From the IMG/VR virus record IMGVR_UViG_3300006620_000015: 63,783 nt of DNA, one strand, 5' to 3'. The notes below the pieces were generated by a model. It worked only from the letters and a program-made list of their open reading frames with translations, made no database searches and was not told the origin of the DNA. Source of the stretch: an uncultured virus (IMG/VR IMGVR_UViG_3300006620_000015). Lineage: Duplodnaviria > Heunggongvirae > Uroviricota > Caudoviricetes. A program made the translations under genes and the position numbers. Below, in pieces: positions 10,401 through 22,700 of this stretch; position 1 is the first letter of the stretch; every line of letters begins with the position of its first letter.

Positions 10401-12067
10401 CCATGTCTAAACAAACAATCTTTATCATATGCACCGTTTGTTGAATTTCCACTAAGATATGAAAAAGATCTTGTTTTGCCAATGCCAATTTTAGGAGTTG
10501 TGACTCTTTCTGCCGACATCACAGTTCCTGTGACTGATCCAATCGTAATAGTCCCACCAATAGCAAATGCTCCACTACCAGTGGTGCGTTTACATACCAC
10601 AAAAGATTTGTTCTGTGATTGGTTAATGTGATAAGCAAAAGCAGTGCCAACTTGACCTGACAAGCTCCATGACGTGGTGCCGCCAGCAGCAGTTACTGGG
10701 TTTGTAGTTGAGGAGAGACCTGAAACTGTGAAAATAAAATACGAATCAGTTTCTGGTGGAGTGGAATCAAGATTTTTTGCGGTATCACCAAATTCAGTAT
10801 CTGTATATCTGTCATACAAGATTACCTCTTGATTTGCATTTGTACTAACAAGACCCAAACCAGTAACATTTTCTGATCTACTTTCAACATCGGGGAATGA
10901 AAGTAAATTCTTTACTGTATAATTAGATCCCTCTGACGCACTAATTGAATTATTTTCTTGTGTTTGTGTATCTCTAGCTTTATCAATTTGAATATATCTA
11001 GTTGAGGTTGTTTCAATCTCATATCCTTTGACATATGCCTTGCCTGGTTCAACGACTGCTACGAATTTATCAGCAGAACCTCCTTGAGTGGCAGTATATA
11101 CACCATTATTATTAATACTTGCGAGACTTTCTTTGAGACTGAGTAAAAATTCTCTTACTACATAATCACCAGACTCATCAAATGTTCTTCTTGCAAGAAT
11201 ATCTTCAATAAGACCATTGGTATTAGATACTTCTACAGTTGCAGTAGAAATACCATTCATAATTTGAAGTAATTGCACAAAATCTCTTTGATCAGGTGCA
11301 TCAATTGGTCTTGAAACTAATGTAAGTCCAATCTTGAGTCTATGTGCTCCAGGAGCAGCAAAGTTAGAATATCCCTGTGCATTGTCCAGAAGGGAAAGAT
11401 CTTCCTCTGGAGTTGTCAGTTGTTCAGATACAATGAAACCAACTTTATAAGTTGGAGTGTTGTTAAATTTTTCGAGAATAATTGTTTGCGAATCGGTCTT
11501 AACTAAAGACCCATTAATAAAATATATACCTTCGTTTACAGTAACTGCCGTACCAAACCCCATCGCATTGGAGGTAGTTGGTTTCACATTTCCACTAACT
11601 CCAACAATTGCTGTGGGAGATCCAGGAGAACTAGCAGTAATTGTCTCTCCTTCTGAAAAAGTTGATGCAGTATTAGTTGTTCCAGAACTTTCGTACTTGA
11701 CAAATAACGTTGCACTATCAGATGTTGTTGATTCAGTAGCGTTAACAACAGTAGCGACAATACCAGAACTATTGCCAGTCATCTTTTTACCGATGTAATC
11801 GGTAATCAACAAATTATTCGTAAAAGAACTAACCTTTACATAATTATATTGCCTGTCTACAATAAGTTCCCCAGGTACTACAATAGAACCTTGCTTGAAA
11901 TTTGACTTAGCAAGACTTTCTACTTGATTTTGTAAAATTGATTGCAGCGTAGTGAGTTCTCTAGATTGGATAGAATATCCAGGTCTGAAGAGAACTCTGT
12001 AAAATTCGCTGTTGGGATCAAAATCGTCAAAATAAGGAGCTTTATTTAAGTTAGTACTCTGGGGCAT
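4487..12067 (-). CDS. Large virion structural protein (DUF4815 / VrlC-like)
   Basis: 2526 aa; N-terminal PYFDDFD...YRVLFRPGYSIQSRELTTLQSILQNQ, ARRTFDESGDY, RFKNGILVDNF; follows gp8. Confidence 0.85.
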   Translation of the reverse strand: MPQSTNLNKAPYFDDFDPNSEFYRVLFRPGYSIQSRELTTLQSILQNQVESLAKSNFKQGSIVVPGELIVDRQYNYVKVSSFTNNLLITDYIGKKMTGNSSGIVATVVNATESTTSDSATLFVKYESSGTTNTASTFSEGETITASSPGSPTAIVGVSGNVKPTTSNAMGFGTAVTVNEGIYFINGSLVKTDSQTIILEKFNNTPTYKVGFIVSEQLTTPEEDLSLLDNAQGYSNFAAPGAHRLKIGLTLVSRPIDAPDQRDFVQLLQIMNGISTATVEVSNTNGLIEDILARRTFDESGDYVVREFLLSLKESLASINNNGVYTATQGGSADKFVAVVEPGKAYVKGYEIETTSTRYIQIDKARDTQTQENNSISASEGSNYTVKNLLSFPDVESRSENVTGLGLVSTNANQEVILYDRYTDTEFGDTAKNLDSTPPETDSYFIFTVSGLSSTTNPVTAAGGTTSWSLSGQVGTAFAYHINQSQNKSFVVCKRTTGSGAFAIGGTITIGSVTGTVMSAERVTTPKIGIGKTRSFSYLSGNSTNGAYDKDCLFRHGLFGLEYFVRIKCKDPLNFSLGKFITGQTSGARGIVEDLVADSRELILSRVLGEFKEGETLVSEQDGASTPFNFIETEGTISEFKIQNFGSAYVDAADITAVNISGVNRLTAIGTSNITVTNNELKVITIEDDARETIGKFNTAPEIEIVATTGSGAVVTPVMNYKNIVSYNSSFVKSFYGTTTGNSFAGDIASVESSFAVAGGATFSANEGDYFITADNLGTRPDLDLVNGDIISVIDNAGRNRKYIVKFACIDGTATTSRIFVYGEVLSTFTTKSIQRKRSKLSGVASNTLLYPLPNKNVKTQVLDPNNTNINYTVAREFLGNFDSNSLATVSVGTNEQFLGYSAGDYVMSNPTSGNLLDISGKVTVGANGSSINIDMSSFTGFANTPFKLIAPIRKIDTSPKTKVLKSDVESNIATGFNDPVIPLEYADGYQLKAVYMSSTTAPATNTDVVITDRFTFDGGQRDTHYDLARLILKPGEIAPTNQLLVVYDYFDHIGGVGTGNSGSGYFTVDSYTGIDYGDIPNFDSSVYGKISLIDVVDFRPRVSDFTGVNTATVLPGYSDARTIDALKFNGTGSSSAPLPISGTAFESSYEFYLNRIDSIYISKSGNFVVAKGTPSLNPQVPEEISDGILLYHVNIPAYTYKLSDITTKSFDNRRFTMRDIGKLEKRIEKLEYYTVLSLLEQDTFNTQVRDEFGNDRFKNGILVDNFEGHGVGNSSSIDYRCSIDVQTGVLRPSFASSQTKLEESNITDPQRTASGYIKSGDLITLPFTEQSTVENKYSTKTITLNKGKTSKYSGMMTLDPDIDEWKDTTLSPELIVNENSVFDVIKNDNNVWGSLWNEWQISWTGTPTYTLNNSTNTTSSQFAGDPNLVIKGKTRTRSRNGTQNRLTPYGASSADKGQRVVSKPYVPYIRTRLVKFVTKGLEPDTQLYAFFDGISVSSWVNPDDVTSTTTPFTGKAGYAEKGFGEKIVTDSKGNISGFFLIPNGFAPRKGRKTLDLVNSPNSFYDNASTKRSFVAGTKSLRLSSSSTNSSNSSNVVTFAEAVYTVSGLPDTSTTSIQSTRVPYINRRSTTNSDTVQYIGSSLVNVNQTGLLDPVAQTFRVSGFDGGMFASSVDLYFKTKQTPSDTDTDRPVTVYLVDTNGGLPTRNVVPFSESTLESDTQLRIKINTNVPSGETIKKGETIKGTTSGASGTVKADLTVTTTDTRYNLILSNHNGKEFISGEAFTVDRAPAISTTTFNVDEDSGVVDRIKVTAFGSGYDSSTTSINVFGENGGTFGENCTATAKIYNGKIYEVEVSNRGSNYYTAPNVTINGGDGQATATAFIRMTNPAVRMGVSTSSDGNTKTRFKFPSPVYLQNDLTYAFVVTSSSPDYEIYSAKIGDKLTGSSVIASAQSNVGSLFKSQNSTAWSEDTAEAIKFNVNRCLFETSSTASIEFKNEDLDVVDLPDNPITVDNTDGSSQLFGTNQKVIRVRQPNHGMKSGDFVIIKNVSGSGANNSIYGIPVTLINGFHSVQNVGLDNYCIMIDTTLWNAENVNMTGSGSGGGSNVIATTNKLYQIATPQVSMLTFPSSEVSQNIKTAYGRPVDSSITNDYTISPTYNLSPNDNYYFEESRIIASSVNEVYRNQASLLNGNKSVTYTISMSTDQDNLSPVLDVNRCNLITAATRMDNPKGNEDRFGAISQTLVLPTTSDFTVSTVSPDTVEAGQFTVTGVSGGSFINTVDSASRLTQSGSGASAQIVNVNGNVLELIDITGTFVDGQSVAQGAVSATLAGITIKTGIVIGWDSGTGNLKVKVITDDLFSENDRIDDTNAGTSPVTARLVTGVSKSNGFLYVDETTFNSSSASKYITKEVSLDSPATSLDCKLTANLFNNENVKVLFKIRPDGSSDNFTDIGWQYFNGTGLSDFNSSITPEQGKSLSPSVEDMNSYLEYVYTANNLKPFSAFAIKIVFAGSNPALAPRIEDLRVIAHS

Positions 12068-12109
12068 ATTACTAGACTAGAATGTTGTTTTGATCTTATA
12101 TGATATATA

Positions 12110-13681
12110 TCAGAATTCTACGACCAGTTTTACGTCTTCAATCTGATCAATTGAACGAGAAACTGTTCTTCTGTTTTCAACATAAATGATATCACCAGTA
12201 TACTTCTTAATTTCAGTATCAGCGTAACCGTTAGTGAAAGTTAGATTAGAAGTTGTAAGACTATAAGTAGTTTCTGGAGTCTCAACTGATCCAGAATTTG
12301 CACCTGTAATTGCATTACCGCCTGAGAAGGCAGGAAGATCTCCTTTGGTATCGCCATCAATAATGTGCTCATAAGAACTCTGATAGAGTTTCAAAATCTT
12401 GGTGCTTGAATCCCATGAGACAACTTTGCCTTTAGCATTTGTAGTTGCTTGAGTTACAATTTCATCAATATTGAATGATGCAACTGTTGCTGAAGGAAAT
12501 TTAACTGCTACAAGGGCATTGTATGTAGAAGATGTTGCAAGTCCACCACCTGTTTGTTCTGGATCGCGAAGAACACCAATTCTTCTGAAATCAGTGTCAA
12601 CTGGGAACTCAAAGTTCTCGTCATACTGAACTCTGGAGTTAATCATGACACGCTTAGTGCCAAGTTCTTTATTGATATTATATCCATGTCCACCTGAAGG
12701 AGGAACGACTACTTCTAGAACAGCAGTAGTTCCAGGAGCACCAATACCAGAAATTTCAGTGGCATTGACATTGATATAACCGTAAGTATATCCAGAACCA
12801 GGAGTTGTGACTGTTACCTCACTGACAGCACCACTAGTAACTTTGACTGTGGCAAGTGCTTGAGTTCCACCATTTTTTGCCCAATCTCCACGAATGGGAA
12901 CGTTAGTGTATCCAGTGACATTATTGTCAGTGTATCCAGTACCACCATTATTAATAATTACGGTGTCAATAGCACCATCAACTGCTGCTGCCTTTACATC
13001 AACACCATTAGTAGGATCACCAGCGGATCCCACACCCCACGCAGCAGGAACAGGAATGTAAGAAGTAGTAAAGAACTTGATTACATCGTCTGTACCGATG
13101 CTATAAAGGAACTTCCATCTATAACCATCAGCAGTGTTGAAGATGGTTGTTCCAGTTCCACTAGGTGCAACTGTAGAAGCAGTTCCGTTGGGGTTGGCAG
13201 GAGAAGAACCGTTGTAGATACACTTATAAACCTTGTAATCACTTACAACATAGTATTTGCCGCTATACAGGTGAGGAGCATTTTCTCCTGCTGAATTTGC
13301 TTTGAAATCAGCACTATAATTGGAACGATACATGGAATATGTAACTCCAGAAGTCCAATTGTGTCTTGGGACAACTAATCTTACGTCAGATGACTGAATT
13401 CTCTTGAGAGAAATCATGTCATCAAAGATCTCCTTCTCGTAGTTGAAGCTATCAATTGGAGTGGGAGGATTGTTTTCGTTTGGAGCAGCAAGATATGATC
13501 CACTATGCTGACTACCTGCAGGTTGTCCAACATACGAGAGAGCGCCAGCTACAGCAGCGGTATCCCAAGTTTGGGGTCTACCCATGAAGAAGTACATATT
13601 AGTGGCTGCCGTCTCAGAAAATGCTTCCTCAAACTGTTGAGCATTATGAATCCTAAATTGTTCAGAAATTAAAGCTGGCAT
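12110..13681 (-). CDS. gp8: Baseplate wedge subunit gp8
   Basis: FRIHNAQQF start, YKVYKCIYN, DGYRWKFLY, GDIIYVENR...QIEDVKLVVEF end; position after gp7. Confidence 0.9.
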   Translation of the reverse strand: MPALISEQFRIHNAQQFEEAFSETAATNMYFFMGRPQTWDTAAVAGALSYVGQPAGSQHSGSYLAAPNENNPPTPIDSFNYEKEIFDDMISLKRIQSSDVRLVVPRHNWTSGVTYSMYRSNYSADFKANSAGENAPHLYSGKYYVVSDYKVYKCIYNGSSPANPNGTASTVAPSGTGTTIFNTADGYRWKFLYSIGTDDVIKFFTTSYIPVPAAWGVGSAGDPTNGVDVKAAAVDGAIDTVIINNGGTGYTDNNVTGYTNVPIRGDWAKNGGTQALATVKVTSGAVSEVTVTTPGSGYTYGYINVNATEISGIGAPGTTAVLEVVVPPSGGHGYNINKELGTKRVMINSRVQYDENFEFPVDTDFRRIGVLRDPEQTGGGLATSSTYNALVAVKFPSATVASFNIDEIVTQATTNAKGKVVSWDSSTKILKLYQSSYEHIIDGDTKGDLPAFSGGNAITGANSGSVETPETTYSLTTSNLTFTNGYADTEIKKYTGDIIYVENRRTVSRSIDQIEDVKLVVEF

Positions 13682-13712
13682 CTCTATAAGTGGTTTACGG
13701 TTTTCCTTGTGT

Positions 13713-13725
13713 TATTTATATTTAT
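13713..13725 (-). promoter_or_regulatory. Tandem late promoter motifs (ATAAATA + TATAAATA) for gp8
   Basis: Plus strand tatttatatttat at 13713-13725. Confidence 0.8.
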
Positions 13726-16700
13726 CACCCTCGCCAAGCGAGTCTTAAATAATCACCATCTGCGTGTGCAGTTGCTGTTGTAGATTTGGCACCTCTGGTA
13801 ACTGTGAAGTCTTGACCAGAGATTGATGTATATTCCATAGTTTCATCACCAAATTCCAAATATCCTGCAGGTGGGAAGTTTGCTACATTACCAGTTACTG
13901 TAACGGTAGTGACAGCATCATTAATAGCACCATTGAGTGTGAGACCGTATGAAACATAGGCATCTGTTGGAATGTTAATGATAGCGCCACCAGCGGAACC
14001 GTATGCAACACCTGCGTGTGTAGTAAAGTCTTCAATCGTAATATTTGGAGCGTAACGAGTCATATGCTCAATTGTAACTCCAGTTCCGAGGTAATTCGCA
14101 AGAGGATCATTGAGTTGAATAGGTTCAAACTGGAACTTAAGTTGATCAAACGTATTCAGGTTATGTGCAAGTCCAGGTTGTGATGTATCTCTATTAGTTT
14201 CAACCTGTGTCTGAACATGAGTAGTTCTTTCTGCACTGATCTGCGAAACAACCAGAGGACGAAGATCTTCAATCTCACTTTCATTATTGACAGTGAATCC
14301 AAGACCAGCGTTACCACCTTCAGCAGTGTAGTCAACAACAATATCTTTTCTGAAGAACAATGGTGTATGTGGTCTAACAATTTCATACTTTTTGGCAAAA
14401 ATCAATTCAGGAGCAGAAGTATAACCAGATCCAGGATTTGTAATTACAACATTAGTTACTTTGCCGTTAGTAATTTCAGCATATGCTTCAGCACCTGTTC
14501 CAGGATTATCACAGGTAACCTTAAATAGAACTTCTGGAGCAACATCATACTCAAGACCAGGGTTTGTAATGTTAACACCAGTGACCTGATAATCAAATAC
14601 TGGAGGAATACCCATAATATCATTAATACCCACAGTATCTTCAATACCAACAGTGTTGCCGCCAGACACAGTTACACCAGTTACAACTGCATTAGCAACA
14701 GCATTTTTACCACGAATATATGCGTTATCAGTATATACAAATGCGGTGTAAAGCAAATTGTCAGTATTTTCGAGTGCTTTCTCATCAATTCTGATAATTT
14801 CTTTTGGTGTTTCACCATCAATCTTGATAAGATCTCCTGGTTGAATAATATCACCTGTATTTGCTACCTTATTAAGATAACGACATCCGTCTGGACTATT
14901 ACGTCCAATGTATTCAAGATTCTCAAATACATTGCCATTCCAGATAGAAATTGTTTTGTCAAATGTCTTCCCATAGAAATAGAGACAATGACAATTCTTT
15001 CCTACTTGAGGTGCTTCAGTAAAAGTAAGGACGTTATCAGTAATATTATATGAAACTCCTTCTGCCTGAGGAACACCATCAAGCAATACTAAAATTTGAT
15101 GTACATCAGGAGGAATAATATTATCATCACCAAACTGCAATTCAAAGGATTTTCTACTACCATCTAAAAGATGTGAGAAGTTATTTAAAATTTTATATTT
15201 ACTAAAAGTATAACCGAAGAAATGTCTTTCTCTTTCAAATGCCTCATTAAATACAATTTGATTTGGATTTACTGATCTATTGATTGTGTAAGATTCGCCA
15301 TAAATTTGCATGACACCATCAACAAATATCAATAGATTTTCATCTGCTTCGGTTACAACATTTGTCCCATTTTTCTTAAGAAGATCATATGTTTTGGTTG
15401 TACTATCAAAGAGAATATCTTTGATTTTATAGGAATATCTTGCATCATCAGCACCATCAATAAATTTGAAAAATGTTGAATAGAATGTAGTTCCTGTTTT
15501 TGGTTTTTCGTAGAATGTTATGCTAGAATTATCATATTTATATTGACCTTCTGTATAAAGAGCATTAGTAACATCGGCGGAATCAAGAGTTCCAGATGTT
15601 GTAAGGAAGTCAGGAAGGATAGTAAAGTCTTTATTATATAATTGGTTTGTGATGGCAAGTTTTGCCATATCTCGCGCTTTATTAAACGCGGTTGTTGATT
15701 CAGCAAGTTCACCCGCAATACCATTAGTAAGTAAAGAAGTACCATCAATATAACGCTCTGTGGCATCAAGAATGTTGGAATTGCCACCAGATCTCATATC
15801 AGCAATAATAGCATCAACAATAATTCCAAGATCTCGCTTACACTTACCTTCTCCGAAAGAAGGAACACGCATAGATTCAATTGGGAGTGCCAATGGTGTT
15901 ACCAGAGATCCCTGATTGAGATATGTGGTTACAATACCGACAACGTTGTCAATGTTACTCTGAACATCCGCACATGCCCCATTGCTGTTATTTGCAACAG
16001 GAGAATTGACAACAGGTCTTACGATTGCTTCATTTGCTGCTCTAATGAAAGTGTGTGGATATTCACTACCCGAAATGACCACAGCTTGATTCAATGCATT
16101 ACTAGTAGCACTCACAAATGTATGAGTATAATTTCCACCAGACACAACAGCTCCAGTTGTTGCGGAAACAAACGTATGAGTGGTTGTGTTAGTAGACGGT
16201 ACAGTGCTCAGAACTTGAATTGTGATCGTGGTTGCAGTTACTGATTCAATGTTGATTGCAGTGTCATAGAATGGATCTGTTGAACGAGGGTATGAGTGGT
16301 TTGTCTGATTATTATCCTCATCACATGTAAACACAAGTGAATTTGGTAATAACTTAATGCTCGTTCCAGCAGTCAAATTATGATTGCCAATCGTCAATTC
16401 CATCAATCCTGTTGTAGGATTATAGTCAGCACCAGTTGGTGTAAATGATACCAGTGGTGATGCACCAATGTTTACAGTAAGTTGATCATTGGTTGCAGAA
16501 ATAACATTAAGTCGTTTATTAGAAGCAGGATCAGTTGATCTTGGGTATGTTTTATTGGATGTATTTCCATCCATTGCACAACTGAATGTTAGACTTCCAT
16601 CCCCAATGATAATACCATCTCCTGCGGTAAATCCATGATTAGCTGATGTAATACCTAAAATTCCTGTGGTGGGATCATAGGTTGCATCAGTTACTGTATA

Positions 16701-19700
16701 AAGTCTTGGAACATATGTATGAACTGAAGTATCAGTGGAACTGCCAACATTAATTGTAATGGTAGTTGCGGTCTTTGTTACAATGGGAACTGCAGTATCA
16801 AAGGTCTTATCCTTTTTCTTTTTCAGACCATCATCAACAGAGCGAACAAATGTATGTGCCGAAGTGTCGGAAGAAACTCCAATTTTTACCTTGAATGAAT
16901 CATAATAAACATCATAAATTGGAATCCACTTTCCACTCACGGGGTCTGTGGAGCGAGGATAAGCATGTTCAGTTTGATTATTATCTCTAGCACATGTAAA
17001 TACTAAAGAATCATCATCAAATTTAATGAAGTCGCCATTCTCCCAACCATGATCTTCTACTGTAACAGTAAGAACTCCATCTGAGGGATTATATACAGCA
17101 TTATCAACGGTTGCAGTTAAAATTTCGGACTTAGGATAAGAATGTTCGGTAGCATCATTATCTTGTGAACATGTAAAGGTAATTGATTCTGGTTCAATCT
17201 TAACACTTGTGCCTGCTCTTAAGGAGTGGTTTCCGATAGTTAACTCAACATCTCCAGATACTGGATCATAATCAGCATTAGTGATAGTAAAAGTCTTTTC
17301 TGGACTTGCTCCTACAGTAATATCAAAAGTATCTGTAGTTACGTTAGAAACTGCTAAAGATTGCTCATGATTTCCATCAGCAAGTCTTGGATAAGACTTT
17401 TCTGCGACATGACCATCCATTCCGCAAGTAAATGTTAGACTATTTGACTTAAGTACAACATCATCTCCATTGCTCAGACCGTGATTGGTAATTGTGACTT
17501 GAGCAGCACCTGTTACGGCATCATAAGTGACATTTGTTGGTGTTCCTACTGTAGTACCCCAATAGTTTGCATTAGCAGAGGTGATAGTAAGATCTTTTTC
17601 AAGCAATTGGTTGACAATTGCTTCCTTCATTAAATCTCTAACTTTTTCAAATGCAGTGACAGACTGAAGAATTTCACCATCAAGACCATTTGTAATAAAA
17701 GATGTTCCAGTGGCGTTAAAGTATTGCTTGAGGAACTTGCGAGCATAGACATTACCACCAGTATGAATGTCTAATGCCATAGCATCAACAAACAATCCAA
17801 TATCACGCTTACACTTTGCTTCTCCAATTCTGTCAGATCCGATAGTTTCTGCTGGAAGACCTGCAATAGATCCTGCAGTAAATGCATCAGTTACAATACC
17901 AGAAAGAACTGTAATAGCAGATGTTACGTTGGCACACAGAGGAGCACCAGCAGGATCAGGAGTGATCGTAGTATCAGTAACTGTAAGTTGATTAGTGAAT
18001 GCAAGGATCATATTATCCTTAGCTGCATTAAAACCAAAAATTGCTTCTTCTTCTTCGCCAAGAATACCGTTAGTTATAGGATTTCCAGAATCATCAAAAA
18101 ACTGTAGTGCAAATTTACGAGCGTACTCATTACCACCGTTAACAAGATCTAATGATGTGTAATCAATAAAGAGACCCATATCTCTCTTACACTTGGTCTC
18201 ATATGTTCCGTGAGAAGGATACTGAGCAATAATAGCATTCCAAGAATTATTAACAATCTCAGTTCTATTTTGCTGAATGAGTCTGTAAGCGTCCTTAAAG
18301 CGATAATCACTCGCAGTAGTAGGATCTAGCGGATAAACAAAATCAGGATAGTCTACGGCGATCTGAGCGGCACCTCTGTCAACCAATTCCTTGCGGTTGG
18401 TTATGATCAGACGATAAGCATCTCTATATCTGCTATATCCGTTAGTCTGAGGATCATTAGGATAGAAGAAATCAGGATACTGTAGAGAAATTTCAGCATT
18501 CGCTCTATCAATAATCTCAAATTTATTTGCATTGATTAAGTTAGCACCATCTCTATGCCTATTTGCACTAACTGGTCCCTTGGTGGGATCTGTCCAAATA
18601 CCAATATTTCTAATGGGTCGCGTTGCAGATGGATTTGCAGTATAATATGTCAGAATTGTTGTTAAATTATCAATCGTTGATTGAACATCAGCACAAACTG
18701 CTGGATTATTATTAGTCAGAGTTCCATTAGGATTACTAATTAATGCTCTGAAACTATTTGATGTTGGAACATCATAAATTTCAAATTTATCATTAAAATT
18801 AATATTAGCAATGGAATTTACTACACCAGAAATATGAACATACTTTTGATCAGGATAAGTCGTTCCACTAACAGTAACTGCTAATCCATGGTTACCATCA
18901 GTAGTAACAGTCATCATACCAGCGTCATATGAAATGCCAGTGATATTTTGTGTTTGATATGGTTCTTGGAATATCTCATTCAAAGCAATCATAACAGATG
19001 TGTTTGAAGTATCTGTTGGGAAGTTCCCGTCATTGGTAGACAGTGAAAATACTGCTCTAGCTCCATCAAAATCACCAGAAAGATCTGCCATCTTTGTGGA
19101 TTCAATTTGGTTATCTAAGAAGTTCAGTCTAGCAGCGCCAGTTCCTCCATAAGCTTTGATATTAGCAGTTTTTATTGTTGAAACTTCATATTTTTTAAGT
19201 ACAATGTCTGATTCAACATTAATATCTGGAAGTAGTATAATAACTTCATTTGCATTTGCATCGTCGGCAAGACCAATACTAAATGGGTTTCCAGTTACGG
19301 TATCTTCAAAATCTACATCATTTTCAACTGCAACTTCACCAAATAATTTAAATCCAAGTGGATGAGTAGTTTCATCTACATATTGCTTATAGTCATTTAA
19401 ACTTCTCGTACTTCTGATAACATAGGAGAAATCTTGGAAATAGTTACTATCAGTAATTTTTTGAGAAGATGAACTAATCTTACCAAGATCGGAGTCATAA
19501 AAACCGACTTTGCCAATATAAGCGTTGACTAAACCGACAATATCTGGATTAGTTACATATTCAACTGTAGATGTATACTGATTAATTTGACCATTCAATA
19601 CATCACCTACTTTTAACTCTCCTCTAACAACAAAAAGATTTAGCAAATAAATTTCATTTCCGATTAATTTAATTTCTTGAATTTTACCCTCAAATCCACC

Positions 19701-22700
19701 AGTTGTTGTTACGACTTCCGCTAACTTATAAATGTTGCTTCCTAAACCCTTAACAATAACTTTTTTATTGAATAGTAATGATTTACTAAGAGTTCTATCG
19801 GAAGTAAATTGACTACCATTATTACTAAATCTAACGGTCTTAACTTTACCAATATCAGCACCTTCAGCGTAAATTTTTACATCAGTATCTACAGCAGTGA
19901 TTGTATCAGTCTCTGCATAACCATCCCCAGGATCATCTACTGTTACTGAAATAATTCTTTCATTGACAATAACAGGCGTTAATTTTGCACCAGATCCAGT
20001 AGTAGTATTGATGAATATTTTAGTTGATGCAGAATATCTAGATCCACCGTTTAATATAGTAATAGAAGAGACTGATCCAGAAACTAATGACAATTCACCT
20101 CTAAAATCATCCAGTAAACTATGTGTAACTCCTTCAATTTTAGGAAGTTTTTTATATCCCTCTCCACCATCAATTACAGAAATACTTGAAATTGATCCAG
20201 TTGATGTCAATGATGTTGTTTTATATGAAATTAAATTCAACCATTCAGTTACTTCTGGTTGGAATGGGGCAAAGAACTGAAATTTAGTGGAATCAACAAT
20301 TTTAACCTTTTGTGTTCCTGCAGGAAGTAGAAGAACACTAAAATATTTTTTATTATTAAGAACTCCGTTCTTTTCATCATAATAATATACTCTTGATACA
20401 TTAGTATCCAGCAAAGCTATTTTTTCAATAGTTGCTGATGCACCTGGAGTTCCTGGTGTTCCAACATATGTGACATTCGCCAATGTATTAACATTAGAAG
20501 AGTCTTCAGAGAAAATCAGATTATGATTCAGGTTAGATCCATCACTAAGATCAAATACATATTTACTTCCTCTAATAAATCTAAACTGAAGATCTCTCGC
20601 ATAATAATTTCCTGTTCCTGTAGGATCAATTTCCCAATATACACTTTTTCCTGTTACATCAGCAATATCTATTTGTCTACCAGTTGGTGTTGATGTATCA
20701 GTAATATTAATAGCATTCGTAATAGTTCCTGACGTTACTCTTACATCAATTGTTGAATTTTCTTTATCAATTTGATAAACTACACCAGCAACACCTGGAC
20801 TAGTAATTGCATCACCAACAGCAATTCTATAATCTGGTTGATCATCTGGAATATGTAAAGTTACAGTATTTGTTGCAGCATGTAATCTCAGGGGAGTTGA
20901 GAATTGATTTCTATCAACCGTAAGTTGACCAGAATTTGTATCAATTGCTGTAATTTTTAAAATCTCATCGTTAATTTTAATATAATCGTTTTCTCTAAAA
21001 AGTGCAGCGTCTACAATAGTAATATTTAAATTTGTTGCATTAAAAGCAACATCAGCCACTAAAGATGTTGTGATTGATGGTTTATTATATGTAATTGTCT
21101 GATAATCTGAGACTCTTACCTTGAAGTTTTTGGTAATATTGACATTATTTAAATCTAATGATAAAGTTACTAAATCATTCTCAGAGAGACCGTGTGGTTC
21201 TGAGGTTTCTGCAGTAACTGCAAATTTTGTGCCCATGTATTGAGGGGCACTGACATCAATCGGCCAAGGTGCTGTTGGAATACCGTTTGTGGTGGGTATA
21301 GACTGTCCTGGAGCAACTTGATATGAAACTCTAGGAACAGTTTTTCCATTGACTTCAAAAACTCTTCCGAAAAGTCTAGATCCTTCTGTATCTGTGTTAT
21401 CAATATATAAAAAATCATTATTTTTGAAAGTATTTCCAGATTCCGTTACAGCGAATGAATCTACAGATCCCCTCTCAACACTTCCAACTACTAGAGACGC
21501 ATCAAATCCTTTGGAAGGTGTATTTGATGTTCTGATTCTTCTTGCTCCTGTAGGAATATTAGAATCATTACTTTGATCAAATTCAAGATCGTAATTATTT
21601 TCAGCGGGGACTGATTGAAAACTTTCACCAACAATATATGGATAAACACCTGATCCAAAACTGTTTACTGTTAGAAAATAACAATATCTACCATCAGGAT
21701 ACTCTGGTGTTTTACAAAAACGACCATTATTAAAATCTAACGTTCCATTACCTTGGACAAACTCATAGTCATCTACAAAAGCACCTAAGGGGTATTTTGT
21801 TGTATTTGGTCTGGTTGCTGAAACAGAAGATTTTAGGGCATATGAAGATGTTTGTCTAGTAATTGAACTATTCTCATCTACAGGATTACTATAACCATAT
21901 GGACCATAAATTGGATTTCCATCATATGCCCAACCTAGAATAGGAGAATGAACATATCCAGATGGTTTCTCTCCATAGTTAGCATTGACACCTAAAACAT
22001 TATCTACTAATTGACTTCTTAAAATCTTTGGATTTTGTGGATATCCATATTGTAATCCATATGCAGCATTTCTACTTGCATATAAGTATCCATTTCCAAG
22101 ATCAGATTTTACTTGTGTTGCAGGAGTCCAATTTTGATTGACATCTAAAACATATTTTGTTTTAAATACTCTATCAAAAGACCATTTTTTGACATTAGCA
22201 GTAGCAAAAACTCCAGAACCTTTTGATACAATTCTTACTTGGATTGTGCTTTTATCTGTATAATCAGTACCGCCATTAAGAACGATAATTCCAGTAACTT
22301 GATTATTTGTTACCTCGGCAATAGCAAACGCACCTTTACCTCTCCCAGAGGTATCAGTAATTTCTACGTTTGGAGTGGCAACATAATCCTGTCCACCAGA
22401 AGCAACTGTAATGGTTTTAATTTCACCATTTTTGAGATGAGCATCTTGAGTAATTGATGCTGTTGCATTAAAACCATAAGTTACTTCAAGTTCATGATCT
22501 GACGTATAATCAGATCCACCATTAACTACAGAAATATTTGTGACTCTGCCATCTACAATATCTGCATTAAAAGTAGCTCCGTTTCCAGTAGAATCTTTTA
22601 CTCTGAAAATTGGTTGAATGTTCTCCTCAAATCCAAAACCAGATTGTGCAATACTCACACTGTCAACTGGTCCGAAAGGAACTTCCTCATAGTCTTTAGG

